Positions 1-13,093 are shown, counted from the stretch's first letter. The stretch is 64,000 nucleotides of DNA from Mobula hypostoma (GCF_963921235.1 NC_086101.1:6636001-6700000); one strand, 5' to 3'. A program made the numbers and translations. Notes: generated by a model from the sequence alone, not told the origin.

Positions 1-118
1 ACCGCTGGAAATAGAGCTGCCCTGCCCTTTTACGCCGGTAGGGGTCGCTGCTGTGACCATCGTGAGTCGCTTCTGAGGCTGGCCGTGCGCATGCGTCGTG
101 GTGTCGAGTCGCGGTTCC

Positions 119-218
119 CATCAAGTCCTGACGAAGGGTCTCGGCCTGAAACGTCGACTGCGCCTCTTCCTATAGATGCTGCCTGGCCTGCTGCGTTCAC
201 CAGCAACTTTGATGTATG
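119..218 (+). mobile_element. Short Penelope pseudo-LTR (pLTR) 3' fragment containing a hammerhead motif
   Basis: Near-identical to 15560-15654 and 63113-63207. It starts with CATCAA, the reverse complement of its own TTGATG near the 3' end. No TSD seen. Confidence 0.85.
124..159 (+). ncRNA. Minimal type-I hammerhead ribozyme motif
   Basis: AGTC-CTGACGA-AGG-gtctcgg-CCT-GAAAC-GTC-GACT: stem I AGTC/GACT, CUGANGA box, stem II AGG/CCT, GAAA box, GUC cleavage triplet, palindromic ACGT stem III. Confidence 0.8.
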
Positions 219-2064
219 ATGGCTGACATCGGCTCTCGGGTGAACGCGGGGTTGTTGTTTTCGGCGAGTGAACAATTTTATACGAATTTATAACCCTGAT
301 CCTCGCCTGCATTCTGTAAGTTCGCGCATTTTAACTCGATTTAGCAAAAAATAGTGCCGCTGTAATGCACCGTTTGCGCTCATTGGAGGTCACAAACAGA
401 GCATGAGAGTTTTAGTTGTATAGAGAAGATAGATGAGAGTTTCGTGGGCGTTTGTCCATTGTACGGGGCCGATCAGCGGCGTCAACAGAGCGCTGTGAAC
501 TAAATAAAAGTACAGAAGGGATAAGCGGAGCGTCTATTGGCGGGAGTAGGCCAGTGCTGAGAGTAGAAGAGATAGGCTTTGGCTCAAAAGAGACTTCGGC
601 TTTGGGTAAAGCGTCTGTTAACGTTTCATTTTTGTGTTTTTTCTGTTACTGTATCATTTAAATGGCTGTGGTATGCTATTCGTGCCAGATGTTGGAGAAC
701 TGGGAGACCTAGAGTCTCCCGAGGAACTACATCTGTGCACAGTGCATTCGGCTGCAGCTCCTTGAAGACCGTGTTAGGGATCTGGAGCAGCAACATGGGT
801 GATGTTCGGCTTGTACGGGCGAGTGAGGAGAAAACTGATCAAAGTTACAGGGAAGAAATCACTCCAAAGGTGCAGAAGGTCAGTGTCTGCGTAACTGTCA
901 GGAGAAATGGAAACAGGCAGTTAGAGCAGAGCACCCCTGTGGCCATTTCCCTCAAAAACAACTATACCGCTTTGGATACTTTTGTATGGGATGACCTTCC
1001 AAGGGAATTCCACGGAGAACGGGATACAGGCACTGGTCGTAGGTCCGTGGTGCAGAAGGGAAAGGGAGAGAGGAAGGGAGCTGTAGTGATAGGGGACTCG
1101 ATAGTGAGGGGAACAGACCGGATTTTCTGTGGATGTGCACGGGACACTCGGATAGTATGCTGCCTCCCAGGTGCCAGGGTGAGGGATGTCTCAGATCGCG
1201 CCCACAACATTTTGGAGAGGGAGGGGGAGCAGCCAGATGTCTTGGTGCATATTCGTACCAATGACATAGGAAGGAAAAGCAAAGAGGTCCTGAAAAGAAA
1301 ATTTAGAGAGCTAGGTGGAAAGCTGAGAATCAGAACTGCCCGGGTAGTAATTTCTGGATTGCTGACTGTGCCACGTGCCAGTGATGGTGGAAACAGGAAG
1401 ATTTGGCAGATAAATGCGTGGCTGAGAAGCTGGTGCAGGGGGCAGGACTTCAGGTTCTTGGATCATTGGGATCCTCCTGGGGGAGGTATGACCTGTACCC
1501 GAGGGGGGCCCGTATTCTCCCGGGCAAGTTTTTTAGAGCTGTTGGGGAGGGTTTAAACTAATTTGCCGGGGGGTGGGAACTGGAGTGAAGGGACTCAGGA
1601 TAGGATGGATGGTAAAAATGTAAAGACAGCGTGCAGTCAGTCTGTCAGGAAGGGCATTCAGGTGATGGGACTTAGTTGCAGCCAACAGGCTGACTATCAG
1701 AACATGAGGGATGCAGAATCAGAAAGGATAGCAAATACGGTTCTCTCGATATTGTATCTAAATGCATGGAACATAAGAAATAAGGTGGATGATCTTGTTG
1801 CACTATTACAGATTGCGAGGTATAACGTTGTGGCTATCACTGAATCATGGTTGAAGGATGGTTGTAGTTGGGAGCTGAATGTCCAAGGTTATAGGTTGAA
1901 AGCAAGCTGAGTTGAGAAGGTGACGGTTATTTCTTCGACAGTTTGAACGGGGCACGGCTGCGCAAGCGCGTGGAGATCGGACAATGAGAACAGCGTGTGA
2001 CGAAATCGTAAGGATTATTCATTATGGACTGTGCCTTTAAAAAGAGAGAGAGTGTGTGCTGATT

Positions 2065-2091
2065 GAGAGAGAGAGAGAGAGAGAGAGAGAG
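2065..2091. repeat. (GA)n microsatellite inside LTR 1
   Basis: Direct reading of the sequence. Confidence 0.9.
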
Positions 2092-2311
2092 GCACCGAGC
2101 AGCTCGTAAGTTGCTATGGTGATAGAAGGGCGGGGCTACATGATGGACAGCTGGTGTTCAGCACAACAATATTTAAACCAGTGTGGTTGCTTGTTTCGAA
2201 GGAGACACAGACGCACGAAGGTGTGGCGAAATTACCACTACACTTTTAGATGCCCACAAGTGTGGGAATGAGGATCGATTAAAAGGAATCGATCTGTGAT
2301 TGTTAGTGCGT

Positions 2312-5160
2312 TGTCACGAACCCCGTGACGGGAATAAAGAGCCAGCAGAGATGGAAAACACTTTGGAGTCCAATATTGCTATTAACTAATAATATTTATT
2401 AGTAACTATGCAATACAGTAATATAAATGTAGATAAATCAAACAGGTTAGCAATGATTATATATATTAGCAAGTAAACCAGTAACTGTGGAAATATATGT
2501 ATGAAAGACCAAGCTTCTTTAAGTCTAGGGGTAAAAAGATACAGTCTTACGATGATGAGTAAAGTTCAGTTCAGTTCAGTTCGTGGTATTGAGTTGAGTA
2601 GTGATGGAGAGAGAGGGAGAGATTTGAGTCTTCAGGTCAGCTGATGCCGTCGGTCTTCTCGTTGTTCTTCGAACTCCTTTAAAAGTCACCGACTGTGACT
2701 TTAACAAAGGCGACCGGTTTTCTGTGGTGGAGCTATCACCCAGGCGAGGGTGGACACATAGCAACTCCCCACCAGTCAACCCCTTTTCCTTCCTTCCACT
2801 GCAAGAGCGATGGATCGATCCGCCTGATCAATCCTCCAAAACCCACTTATTCTGCGGGCACAACAATGCTCATTCAGTGTCCAGAACATGTGCCTGAGGT
2901 CTATCACCTGACCTCCTATTTTATCATCCCGTGCTGAGCATCAACTGTCATTCACATAACTCCTCCTTCCTCTGTCTGTGAAGAAATGCAAGCAGGCAAA
3001 GGTCCTTGAAACAGTATCAACAATCTGCCGAAAATCATAACATCGAGTGTCCATTAAATAACGTCACCTTCAGTCACCATAGTAACTTGCGAGCAGCTTA
3101 GTGCTGTCCCTCTTCAGCAGAAGTTCAAAAGTTAACCAGTTCTTTCTTGTTCCTTAAAGTGACAGTCCAACAGTTAGTCTTCATCTCTCTCTCTCTTTCT
3201 AAACAAAATGTCGGTGGTAAATGACTCTCTCTCTCTTTTCTGGCAGGGAACATAAAAACTGACTGTAAAAGCTTTTATAGATATGTTAAAAGGAAAAGAC
3301 TGGTAAAGACAAATGTAGGTCCCCTGCAGACAGAGACAGGTGAATTGATTATGGGGAGCAAGGACATGGCAGACCAATTGAATAATTACTTTGGTTCTGT
3401 CTTCACTAAGGAGGACATAAATAATCTTCCAGAAATAGTAGGGGACAGAGGGTCCAGTGAGATGGAGGAACTGAGCGAAATACATGTTAGTAGGGAAGTG
3501 GTGTTAGGTAGATTGAAGGGACTAAAGGCAGATAAATCCCCAGGGCCAGATGGTCTGCATCCCAGAGTGCTTAAGGAAGTAGCCCAAGAAATAGTGGATG
3601 CCTTAGTGATAATTTTTCAAAACTCGTTAGATTCTGGACTAGTTCCTGAGGATTGGAGGGTGGCTAATGTAACCCCACTTTTTAAAAAAGGAGGGAGAGA
3701 GGAACCGGGGAATTATAGACCGGTTAGCCTAACGTCGGTGGTGGGGAAACTGCTGGAGTCAGTTATCAAAGATGTGATAACAGCACATTTATAAAGCGGT
3801 GAAATCATCGGACAAAGTCAGCATGGATTTGTGAAAGGAAAATCATGTCTGACGAATCTCATAGAATTTTTTGAGGATGTAACTAGTAGAGTGGATAGGG
3901 GAGAACCAGTGGATGTTGTATATTTGGATTTTCAAAAGGCTTTTGACAAGGTCCCACACAGGAGATTAGTGTGTAAACTTAAAGCACACGGTATTGGGGG
4001 TAAGGTATTGATGTGGATAGAGAATTGGTTAGCAGACAGGAAGCAAAGAGTGGGAATAAACGGGACCTTTTCGGAATGGCAGGCAGTGACTAGTGGGGTA
4101 CCGCAAGGCTCAGTGCTGGGACCCCAGTTGTTTACAATCTATATTAATGACTTGGATGAGGGAATTAAATGCAGCATCTCCAAGTTGGCGGATGACACGA
4201 AGCTGGGTGGCAGTGTTAGCTGTGAGGAGGATGCTAAAAGGATGCAGGGTGACTTGGATAGGTTGGGTGAGTGGGCAAATTCATGGCAGATGCAATTTAA
4301 TGTGGATAAATGTGAAGTTATCCACTTTGGTGGCAAAATTAGGAAAACAGATTATTATCTGAATGGTGGCCGATTAGGAAAACGGGAGGTGCAACGAGAC
4401 CTGGATGTCATTATACACCAGTCATTGAAAGTGGGCATGCAGGTACAGCAGGCAGTGAAAAAGGCGAATGGTATGCTGGCATTCATAGCAAGAGGATTCG
4501 AGTACAGGAGCAGGGAGGTACTACTGCAGTCGTACAAGGCCTTGGTGAGACCACACCTGGAGTATTGTGTGCAGTTTTGGTCCCCTAATCTGAGGAAAGA
4601 CATCCTTGCCATAGAGGGAGTACAAAGAAGGTTCACCAGATTGATTCCTGGGATGGCAGGACTTTCATATGAAGAAAGACTGGATGAACTAGGCTTGTAC
4701 TGATTGGAACTTAGAAGATTGAGGGGGGATCTGATTGAAACGTATAAAATCCTAAAGGGATTGGACAGGCTCGATGCAGGAAGATTGTTCCCAATGTTGG
4801 GGAAGTCCAGAACGAGGGGTCATGGTTTGAGGATAAAGGTGAAGCCTTTTAGGACTGAGATTAGGAAAAACTTCTTCACACAGAGAGTGGTGAATCTGTG
4901 GAATTCTCTGCCACAGGAAACAGTTGAGGCCAGTGCATTGGCTATATTTAAGAGGGAGTTAGATATGGCCCTTGTGGCTAGGGGGATCAGAGGGTATGGA
5001 GGGAAGGCTGGTGCAGAGTTCTGAGTTGGATGATCAACCATGATCATAATAAATGGCGGTGCAGGCTTGAAGGGCCGAATGGCCTACTTCTGCACCTATT
5101 TTATATGTTTCTATGTTTTTGAAAGCACAGTTAATGGGGGTATTTCAGGATCCCGTCACA
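2312..5160 (-). mobile_element. Solo LTR 2, nested in LTR 1 in opposite orientation and split by a CR1
   Basis: Termini TGTCACG...CGTCACA; TSD GCGT (2308-2311) / GTGT (5161-5164, one CpG-type change); minus-strand AATAAA at 2395-2400; colinear with 10173-11096. Confidence 0.8.
3240..5120 (+). mobile_element. 5'-truncated young CR1 LINE (RT and 3' end)
   Basis: ORFs 3345-3794, 3831-4703 and 4704-5024 carry YLDFQKAFDKVPH, GVPQGSVLGP and xADD motifs, separated by point stops; ATGTTTCT tail. Same subfamily as 54205-57008 and 21962-22730. Confidence 0.95.
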
Positions 5161-8100
5161 GTGTGAAAGAGCGACCCTGTGGAGCCTACCAGTGCATCTA
5201 ACCCTTGCCTGGGTTGGTAGATTATCTCTTGTAGACGGTGCTCTTAAGTTGGTCAAGTTTGGCTAACTTGGAAGATTTGGTGGACACACTGGCACACACA
5301 AGAAACGGACACTGGATGAGCTTTGAGTGCCCACAAATGGGAGGGTTTTGTGGATTGATCAGGAGAATCGATCAGTGGCTCTCGCAGTGTGGAAAAGGGG
5401 TGACCGGTGGAAAGCTATCAGTGTGTTTAACCCTTGCCTGTGTTGATAGTTTTACCACGTGAAGACGTTACCTTTAGTGTGGTCACATTCGGTGACGTTA
5501 AAGGATTTCGGAGGACAACTGGAAGAATCGACAGCATCGGCTTACTTGGGTAACAAATCACCTCTCTCTCTCCTCAGTTCTACTCAGCTCAATTTCACAA
5601 ACTGAACTGACTTCGCTTACCTCCCATCGTAAGACTGTATCAATTACCACTTAAGTTTGAAGAAGTCTGGGTTCTATATTTACACACCTATGTATATGCA
5701 TAATCTCTGCTAACCTATTTGATTTATCTGGTTTTATGTTACTTTATTACGTAGTTACTAAACAGCAAAACCAGACTTCAGGTGTATTCCATTTCTGCTG
5801 GTTCTTTTAACCCGTTACGGGGTACGCAACAAGCGGGAAGAGTTTAAGAGGAAGACAGATTTACAGAGCTGGCATCAGAAGAGCGAGCGACGGAGTAGTG
5901 GGAACGAGTAGGAAGGCTTTGGCTCAATGGCGCTTTGGTGATAAAGGGTCGAGACCAGGTAGGTTATCTGTTTAAAATAAAGACAGAGAGTATGTGTGTG
6001 AGGCTGGTTTTCTGTGCTCGGTGTCAGATGTGGGAGGTCCTGGAGACTCCCGGCCTCCTGGACGACCACATCTGCACCAGGTATGTCGAGCTGCAGTTCC
6101 TTAGAGACCGCATCAGGGAACTGGAGCTGCAGCTCGATGACCTTCATCTGGTCAGGGAGAGTGAGGAGGTGATAGAGAGGAGCTATAGGCAGGTAATAAC
6201 CCCGGGACCACAGGAGACAGAGAAGTGGGTAACAGTCAGGAGAGGAGAGGCCAAGCAGCAGATACTAGAGAGTACCCCAGTGGTTGTCCCCGTGAACAAT
6301 AAGTATTCCTGCTTGAGCACTGTTTGGGGGGGGGGGATGGCCTACCTGGGGGAAGCAACAGTGGTCGCACCTCTGGCACAGAGTCTGGCCCTGTAGCTCA
6401 GATGGGTAGGGAAAGGAGGAGGATGGCAGCAGTGACAGGGGACTCTGTAGTAAGGAGGTCTGATAGGTGATTCTGTGGACGCAGGAAGGAAAAGCAGCTG
6501 GTAGTTTGCCTCCCAGGAGCCAGGGTCCAGGATGTTTCAGATCGCATCCACAACATCCTGAAGTGGGAAGGAGAACAGCCAGAGGACGTCCTACATATTG
6601 GTACCAATGACATGGGTAGGAAAAGGGAAGTTGTTTGAAAAAAAGACTCCAGGGAGTTAGGAAAGAAGTTGAGAAGCAGGACCTCAAAAGTAGAAATCTC
6701 GCGATTACTGCCTGTGCCACATGACAGTGAGTATAGGAATAGAATGAGGTGGAGGATAAATGCGTGGCTGAGGGATTGGAGCAGGGGGCAGGGATTAAGA
6801 TTTCTGGATCATTGGGACCTATTTTGGGGTGTGTATGACCTGTACAAAAAGGACAGGTTGCAGTTGAATCCGAGGGGGACCAATATCATGGCGGGAAGGT
6901 TTGCTAAGGCTATTGGGGAGAGTTTAAACTGGAATTGCTGGGGGTTGGGAACTGAACTGAAGTGAAGGAGGAAAGGGAGGATGGCTCACAAATAGAGAAA
7001 GTTTGGAGACAGTGCGAAAAGAGGGAGAGGCAGGTGATAGAGAAGGGATACGCTCAGTCCGATGGTTTGAGATGTGTCTATTTTAATGCGAGGAGAATCA
7101 TGAATAAAGTGTATGAGTTTTGAGCGTGAATAAGCACTTGGAGCTATGATGTTGTGGCCATTACAGAGACTTGGATGGTGCAGGGGCAGGAATGGCTACT
7201 TCAAGTGCCAGGCTTTAGATGTCTCTGAAAGGATAGGAAGGAAGGCAAAAGAGGTGGGGGCATGGCACTGTTGATCAGAGATAGTGTCACGGCTGCAGAA
7301 AAGGAGGAAGTCATGGAGGGATTGTCTATGGAGTGTCTATGGGTTCAACTTAGGAATAGGAAGGGGTGACTAACTCTACTAGGTGTTTTTTATATACCAC
7401 CCAATAGTAACATGACATCGAGGAGCAGATTGGGAGAGAGATTCTGGAAAGGAGTAATAATAACAGGGTTGGTGGGAGATTTTAATTTCCCAAATATTGA
7501 TTGGCATCTCCTGAGAGTGAGGGGTTTAGATGGGGTGGAGTTTGTTAGGTGTGTTCAGGAAGGTTTCTTGACATTATATGCAGGTAAGCCTACAAGAGGA
7601 GAGGCTGTACTTGATCTGGTATTGGGAAATGAACCTGGTCAGGTGTCAGGTCTTTCAGTGGGAGAGCATTTTGGAGATAGTGATCACAATTCTCTCTCCT
7701 TTACCATAGCATTGGAGAAGGTTAGAAATAGACAAGTTAGAGAAATGTTTCATTGGAGTAAGGGGAACTATGAGGATATTTGGCAGGAACTTGGAAGCAT
7801 AAATTGGAAACATGTTCTCAGGGAAATATACCAAAGAAATGTGGCAAATGTTCAGGGGATATTTGCGTGGGGTTCTGAGTCGGTATATTCTAATGAGACA
7901 GAGAAATGATGGTTGGGTAGAAGGTCCATGGTGCACACAGGCTGTTGTAAATCTGGTCAAGAAGAAAAGAAGAGCATATGAAAGGTTCAAAGAACTAGGT
8001 ACTGATACGAATCTAGAAGATTATAAGGCTAGCAAGAAGGAGCTTAAGAATGAAATTAGGAGAGCTATTAGGGGCCATGAGAAGGTCTTGGTGGACAGGG

Positions 8101-9616
8101 TTAAGGAAACCCAAGGTATTCTACAAGTATGTGAAGAGCAAGAGGATAAGACGTGAGAGAATATGACCAATGAAGTGTGATAGTGGGGAAGTGTGTATGG
8201 AACCAGAGGACATAGTGGAGGTACTTAATGAATACTTTACCTCAGTATTCAATACGGAAAAGGATTTTGATGATTGTAGGGATGACTTGCAGTGGACTCA
8301 AAAGCTTGAGAATGTAGATATTAAGAAAGAGGATGTGCTGGAGCTTTTAGAAAGTATCAAGTTAGATATGTCACTGGGACCAGATGGGATATACCCCAGG
8401 CTACTGTGGGAAGCGAGGAAGGAGATTGCTGAGCCTCTGTCAATGATCTTTGCATCATCAATAGGGATGGGAAAGGTTCCGGAGAATTGAAAGATTGCAG
8501 GTGATGTTCCTTATTTCAAGAAAGGGAGTGGGGATAGCCCAGGAAATTATAGGCCAGTGAGTCTTACTTCAGTGATTGGTAAGTTGATGTAGAAGATCCT
8601 GAGAGGTTACAAACATTTGGAGAGGCATAATATGATTAGGAATAGTCAGCATGGCTTTGTCAAAGGCAGGTCGTGCCTTATGAGCCTGAGTGAATTTTTT
8701 GAGGATGTGGCTAAACACACTGATGAAGGAAGAGCAGTAGATGTAGTGTATATGGCATTTGATAAGGTACCCCATGCAAGGCTTACTAAGAAAGTAAGGA
8801 GGCATGGGATCGAAGGGGGCATTGCTTTGTGGATCCAGAACTGACTTGCTCACAGAAGGCAAAGAGTGGTTGTAGAAGGGTCATATTCTGCATGGAGTCC
8901 GGTAACCAGTTGTGTGCCTCAGGGATCTGTTCTGGGAACACTGCTCTTTGTGATTTTTATAAATGACCTGGATGAGGAAGTGGAGGGATGGGTTAATAAA
9001 TTTGCTGATGACACAAAGGTTGGGTGCAATGTGGATAGTGTGAAGGGATGTCAGGGGTTACAACGGAACATTGATAGGATGCAAAACTGGGGTGAGAAGT
9101 GTCAGATGGAGTTCAACCCAGGTAAGTGTGAGATGGTTCATTTTGGTAGGTCAAATATGATGGCAGAATACAGTATTAATAGTAAGACCCTTGGCAGTGT
9201 GGAGGATCAGAGGGATCTTGAGGTCCGAGTCCATAGCTGCTATGCAGATTGGCTCTGTGGTTAAGAAAGCATACGGTGTATTGGCCTTCATCAACCGTGG
9301 GATTGAGGTTAAGAGCCGAGAGGTAATGTTGCAGCTATATAGGACCCTGGTCAGACCCCACCTGGAGTACTGTGCTCAATTCTGGTCACCTCACTTTTGG
9401 AAGGACTTGGAAACAGCAGAAAGAGTGCAGAGGAGATTTAGAAGGATGTTGCCTGGATTGGGGAGCATGCCTTATGACCAGGGTTCCCAAAGTTTTTTGC
9501 ACCTCGGACCGCTTTAATATTGACAATATTCTTGCGGGCCGGCCAACTGGGGTGGGGGGGGGCAGTGGGGGGGTGTTCAAGTAGGGTTAAACTCACCTCA
9601 ACATGTCTTTTACAGT

Positions 9617-10154
9617 TAGGGTTGCCAACTTTCTCACTCCCAAATAACGGACAAAAGTAGCAGTCAAATCCCGGGACACTTTACCCCGGGAAAAGACTAC
9701 CATGACTATGAAGCCTTGCACAGGCACCTGTGTGCGCATGCGTGACGTGCGTATATGTGACGCCGTGTACGAGCCAATTTTTCCTCCACAAATTGGTTTT
9801 GCCTTCATCTTCCTGAATATACTGTACATACATTATTTCTACTTTATATAAGCTGTGTATTTATCATATCATTCCTGCTTTTACTATAAGTTAGTGTTAT
9901 TTATTTTTGGTTTTATGTGTTATTTGGTATGATTTGTTAGGTTATTTTTTGGGTCTGGGAACGCTCAAAAAATTTTCCCATATAAGTTAGTGGTAATTGC
10001 TTCTTCGCTTCACGCCATTTCGGCACGAAAGGTTTCATAGGAATGCTCTACCTTAGCGGGGCAAATACAGGGCAATGGCGGTCTCGTATGGGACAAACCA
10101 ATTTAGCCCAATATACGGGATGTCCCGGCAAATACGGGACAGTTGGCAACCCTA
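9617..10154. mobile_element. MITE with perfect 14-bp TIRs (hAT Blackjack/Tip100-like ends)
   Basis: TAGGGTTGCCAACT ... AGTTGGCAACCCTA; repeated subterminal AAATACGGGAC-like motifs; no clear TSD. Confidence 0.75.
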
Positions 10155-10172
10155 TGTTCAAGTTCAACAGTG

Positions 10173-11096
10173 TGTCACGTACCCTGTGACGGGAATAAAC
10201 AACCAGCAGAGATGGAAAACACTTGTGGTCCAGTATTGCTATAAACTACTAATAATTATTAGTAACTACGCAATACAGTAAAGTAAATGTAGATAAATCA
10301 AACAGGTTAGCAATGATTATATATAAAAGTAAGTGTGGAATATATATGAGTGAAAACCAAGCTTTTTTAAGTCTAGGGGTAAAAAGATTCAGTCTTACGA
10401 TGTTGAGTAAAGTTCAATTCAGTTCAGTTCGTGGTACTTAGATGAATAACGATGGGGAGAGAGAGTGAGCTTAGTCTTCAGATAAGCTGATGCCGTCGAT
10501 CTTCTTGTCGTCCTCTGAAATCCTTTACAAGTCACCGACTGTGACATTAACCGGGGGACCGGTTTTGCTGTGGTGGAGCTATCACCCCGGCAAACGTGGA
10601 CACATAGACAACTCCCCACCAGTCAACCCCTTCTTCACTGCTGGAATAGCAATTTGGATCGATCCACCTGATTGATCCTCCAAAACCCACTTTCTCTGCG
10701 GGCACAACGATGTTCATTCAGTGTCCAGATCATGTGTCTGAGCTCTGTATCATCTGACCTCCCATTTATTTCTCTGCGCTGAGCATCACCTGTCATTCAA
10801 AGAGTCCCATGCTCTACCGACTGAGCTAGCCGGGCTCAGAAATGCACAAGCAGGCGAAATGTCCTTGAAAGTAATATCAACAACCCGCCTTTGGTCACCA
10901 TAGCAACGTTCGAGCTGCTCGGTGCTGTCTCCACCTCCAAACTCAGTAGAAATCCAAAGTTACTTCCAATGCCTTAAAGTGACAGTCCAACGTTAATCTT
11001 CGTCTCTCTCTCCTTTCCAAACAACCCATCAATGATGAATGTCTCTCTCTGTCTCTCTTCAGACAGTTAATAGGGGCACTCCTGGATCCCCTCACA
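10173..11096 (-). mobile_element. Solo LTR 3 (924 bp), same family as LTR 2
   Basis: TGTCACG...CTCACA termini; perfect 4-bp TSD AGTG at 10169-10172 and 11097-11100; aligns along its length with 2312-3239 plus 5121-5160. Confidence 0.85.
10800..10835 (-). pseudogene. 5' half (nt 1-36) of tRNA-Lys(CTT); tailless tRNA fragment, not a functional tRNA gene
   Basis: The minus strand reads GCCCGGCTAGCTCAGTCGGTAGAGCATGGGACTCTT, which I recognise as the vertebrate tRNA-Lys-CTT 5' sequence. It ends at the anticodon; the 3' half is absent. Confidence 0.9.
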
Positions 11097-12486
11097 AGTG
11101 CGTGACAGGGAATGAGGAAAGGTGCAGCTGACTCGTATCATTTCCTCACGGCCCGGTGGTTGGGCACCGCTGCCTTATGAGACTAGGTTGAGTGAACTCG
11201 GCCTTTTCTCCTTGGAGGACAGAGGATGAGAGGTAACTTGATAGAGGTGTACAAGATCATGAGAGGCATTGATCGTGTGGATAGTCAGAGGCTTTTCCCC
11301 AGGGCTGAAATGGTGAGCACGAGAGGGCATAGTTTTAAGGTGCTTGGAAGTAGGTACAGAGAGATGTCAGGGGTAAGTTTTTTACGCAGAGAGTGGTGAG
11401 TGGATGGAATGGGCTGCCGGCGGTGATGGTGGAGGCGGAAATGATAGGGTATTTAAAGAGACTCCTGGATGGCTACATGGAGCTTCGAAGAATAGAGGGC
11501 TATGGGTAAAGTCCAGGTAGTTCAATGGTAAGGACATGTTCAGCACGGCTTTGTGGGCCGAAGGGCCTGTAATGTGCTGTGTGTTTTCTATGTTTCTATG
11601 TTATATCGGAGGGATCGGAAGGTAGGCAGAGTGGGTGGTGTGGCTCCACTGGTAAAGAATAGCATCAAATCAGTAGAAACATGTGACATACGATCGGAAG
11701 GCGTTGAATCCTTGTGGGTTGAGTTGAGAAACTGCAAGGGTGAAAGGACGTTGACGACAGTTGTATTCAGGCCTCTCAATAATGGCTAGCAGGTGGAACA
11801 CAGGGTACCGCAGGAAATAGGAAAAGCGTATCAAAGGGGCAATGTTATGTTTGTCATGGGAGATTTTAACATGCAGGGGGATTGGGAAATTCATGTTGGT
11901 AATAGATCTCAAGTGAGTGTGTTTGCTGAATGCCTAAGAGATGGCTTTTCAGAGCAGACTGTCACTGAGTCTACTGGGGGATCAGCTATACTGGATTAGG
12001 TGTTGTGTCATGAACCGGAGAAATTGAAGGAGCTTACGGTGAAAGAACCGTCAGGAACCAGTGATCACAATATGATTGAGTTCAACTTGAAATCTGATAG
12101 GGGCAAAGTAAAATCTGATGTAGCAGTATTTCAGTGGAGTAAGGGAAATTACAGTGGTATGTGAGAGGAGTTGGCCAAAGTGAATTGGAAGGAGCTGCTG
12201 GCAGGGATGTCAGCAGAGCAGCAATGGTTGTGTTTCTGGGGAAATGAGGAAGTTGCAGGGCATGTGTATTCCAAAAATGAAGAAATACTCAAATAGTAAA
12301 ATAGGACAACAGTGGCTGACAAGGGAAGTAAAAGCTATTGTAACAGCAAAAGAAAGGGCATACAACAATGCAAAAATTAGTGGAAAGGTAGAGGACTGGG
12401 AAGTTTTTAAAAACCTACAGAGAGCTCCTAAAAAAAATCATCAGAAGGGAAAAGATGAAATATGAAAGCAAACTGGCAAATAATAT

Positions 12487-13093
12487 AGAACATAGAACAT
12501 AGAAAAGTACAGCACAGTACAGGCCCTTCGGCCCACAATGTTGTGCTGACCCTCAAACCCTCCCTCCCATATAAGCCCCCACCTTAAATTCCTCCATATA
12601 CATGTCTAGTAGTCTCTTAAACTTCACTAGTGTATCTGCCTCCACCAGTGACTCAGGCAGTGCATTCCACGCACCAACCACTCTCTGAGTAAAAAACCTT
12701 CCTCTAATATCCCCCTTGAACTTCCCACCCCTTACCTTAAAGCCATGTCCTCTTATACTGAGCAGTGGTGCCCTGGGGAAGAGGTGCTGGCTATCCACTC
12801 TATCTATTCCTCTTATTATCTTGTACACCTCTATCATGTCTCCTGTCATCCTGCTTCTCTCCAAAGAGTAAAGCCTTAGCTCCCTTAATCTGTGATCATA
12901 ATGCATACTCTCTAAACCAGGCAGCATCCTGGTAAATCTCCTCTGTATCCTTTCCAGTGCTTCCACATCCTTCCTATAGTGAGGCAACCAGAACTGGACA
13001 CAGTACTCCAAGTGTGGCCTAACCAGAGTTTAATAGGGCTGCATCATTACATCGCGACTCTTAAACTCTATCCCTCGACTTATGAAAGCTAAC
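12487..13093 (-). mobile_element. CR1 3' fragment nested in CR1-A
   Basis: ORF 12553-13011 (EYCVQFW...GRFFTQRVV) and an (AGAACAT)n tail at the left end; same subfamily as 33235-37330. Confidence 0.9.

Larger units (their letters stand above)
1..420. promoter_or_regulatory. CpG-rich segment, possible promoter, with an NRF1-like motif TGCGCATGCG at 86-95
   Basis: Visibly high CpG density relative to the rest of the window, plus the palindromic GCGCATGCG core. No linked gene is visible in the window. Confidence 0.25.
1996..5831 (+). mobile_element. Solo LTR 1 (~980 bp without its nested insert), Gypsy/ERV-like
   Basis: Termini TGTGACG...CGCAACA; 4-bp TSD AGCG at 1992-1995 and 5832-5835; no coding sequence of its own. 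Confidence 0.8.
9478..11172. mobile_element. Non-autonomous hAT (Charlie-like) element, composite
   Basis: 8-bp TSD CCTTATGA at 9470-9477 and 11173-11180; degenerate TIRs CCAGGGTTCCCAA / TTGGGCACCGCTG; interrupts CR1-B ORF2. Confidence 0.75.
1894..11600 (+). mobile_element. CR1 LINE (element B), near full length, degraded, nested in element A
   Basis: 5'UTR split by an LTR. ORF1 zinc-finger/leucine zipper CARCQMW...ICTR (5935-6396) and esterase remnants; APE/RT remnants 7070-9477 resuming at 11173; TATGTTTC-type tail at ~11586-11600. Confidence 0.9.

Noticed and set aside
4355..4636. Recurrent antisense ORFs (MNLLCTPSMAR...) also at 21969 and 56227
   Set aside because: Shadow frames of the CR1 ORF2; they recur only because the element is repeated.
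10800..10835. Functional tRNA gene or LTR primer-binding site
   Set aside because: No T-arm, B box or acceptor 3' strand. A PBS would match the tRNA 3' end and lie just outside the LTR.
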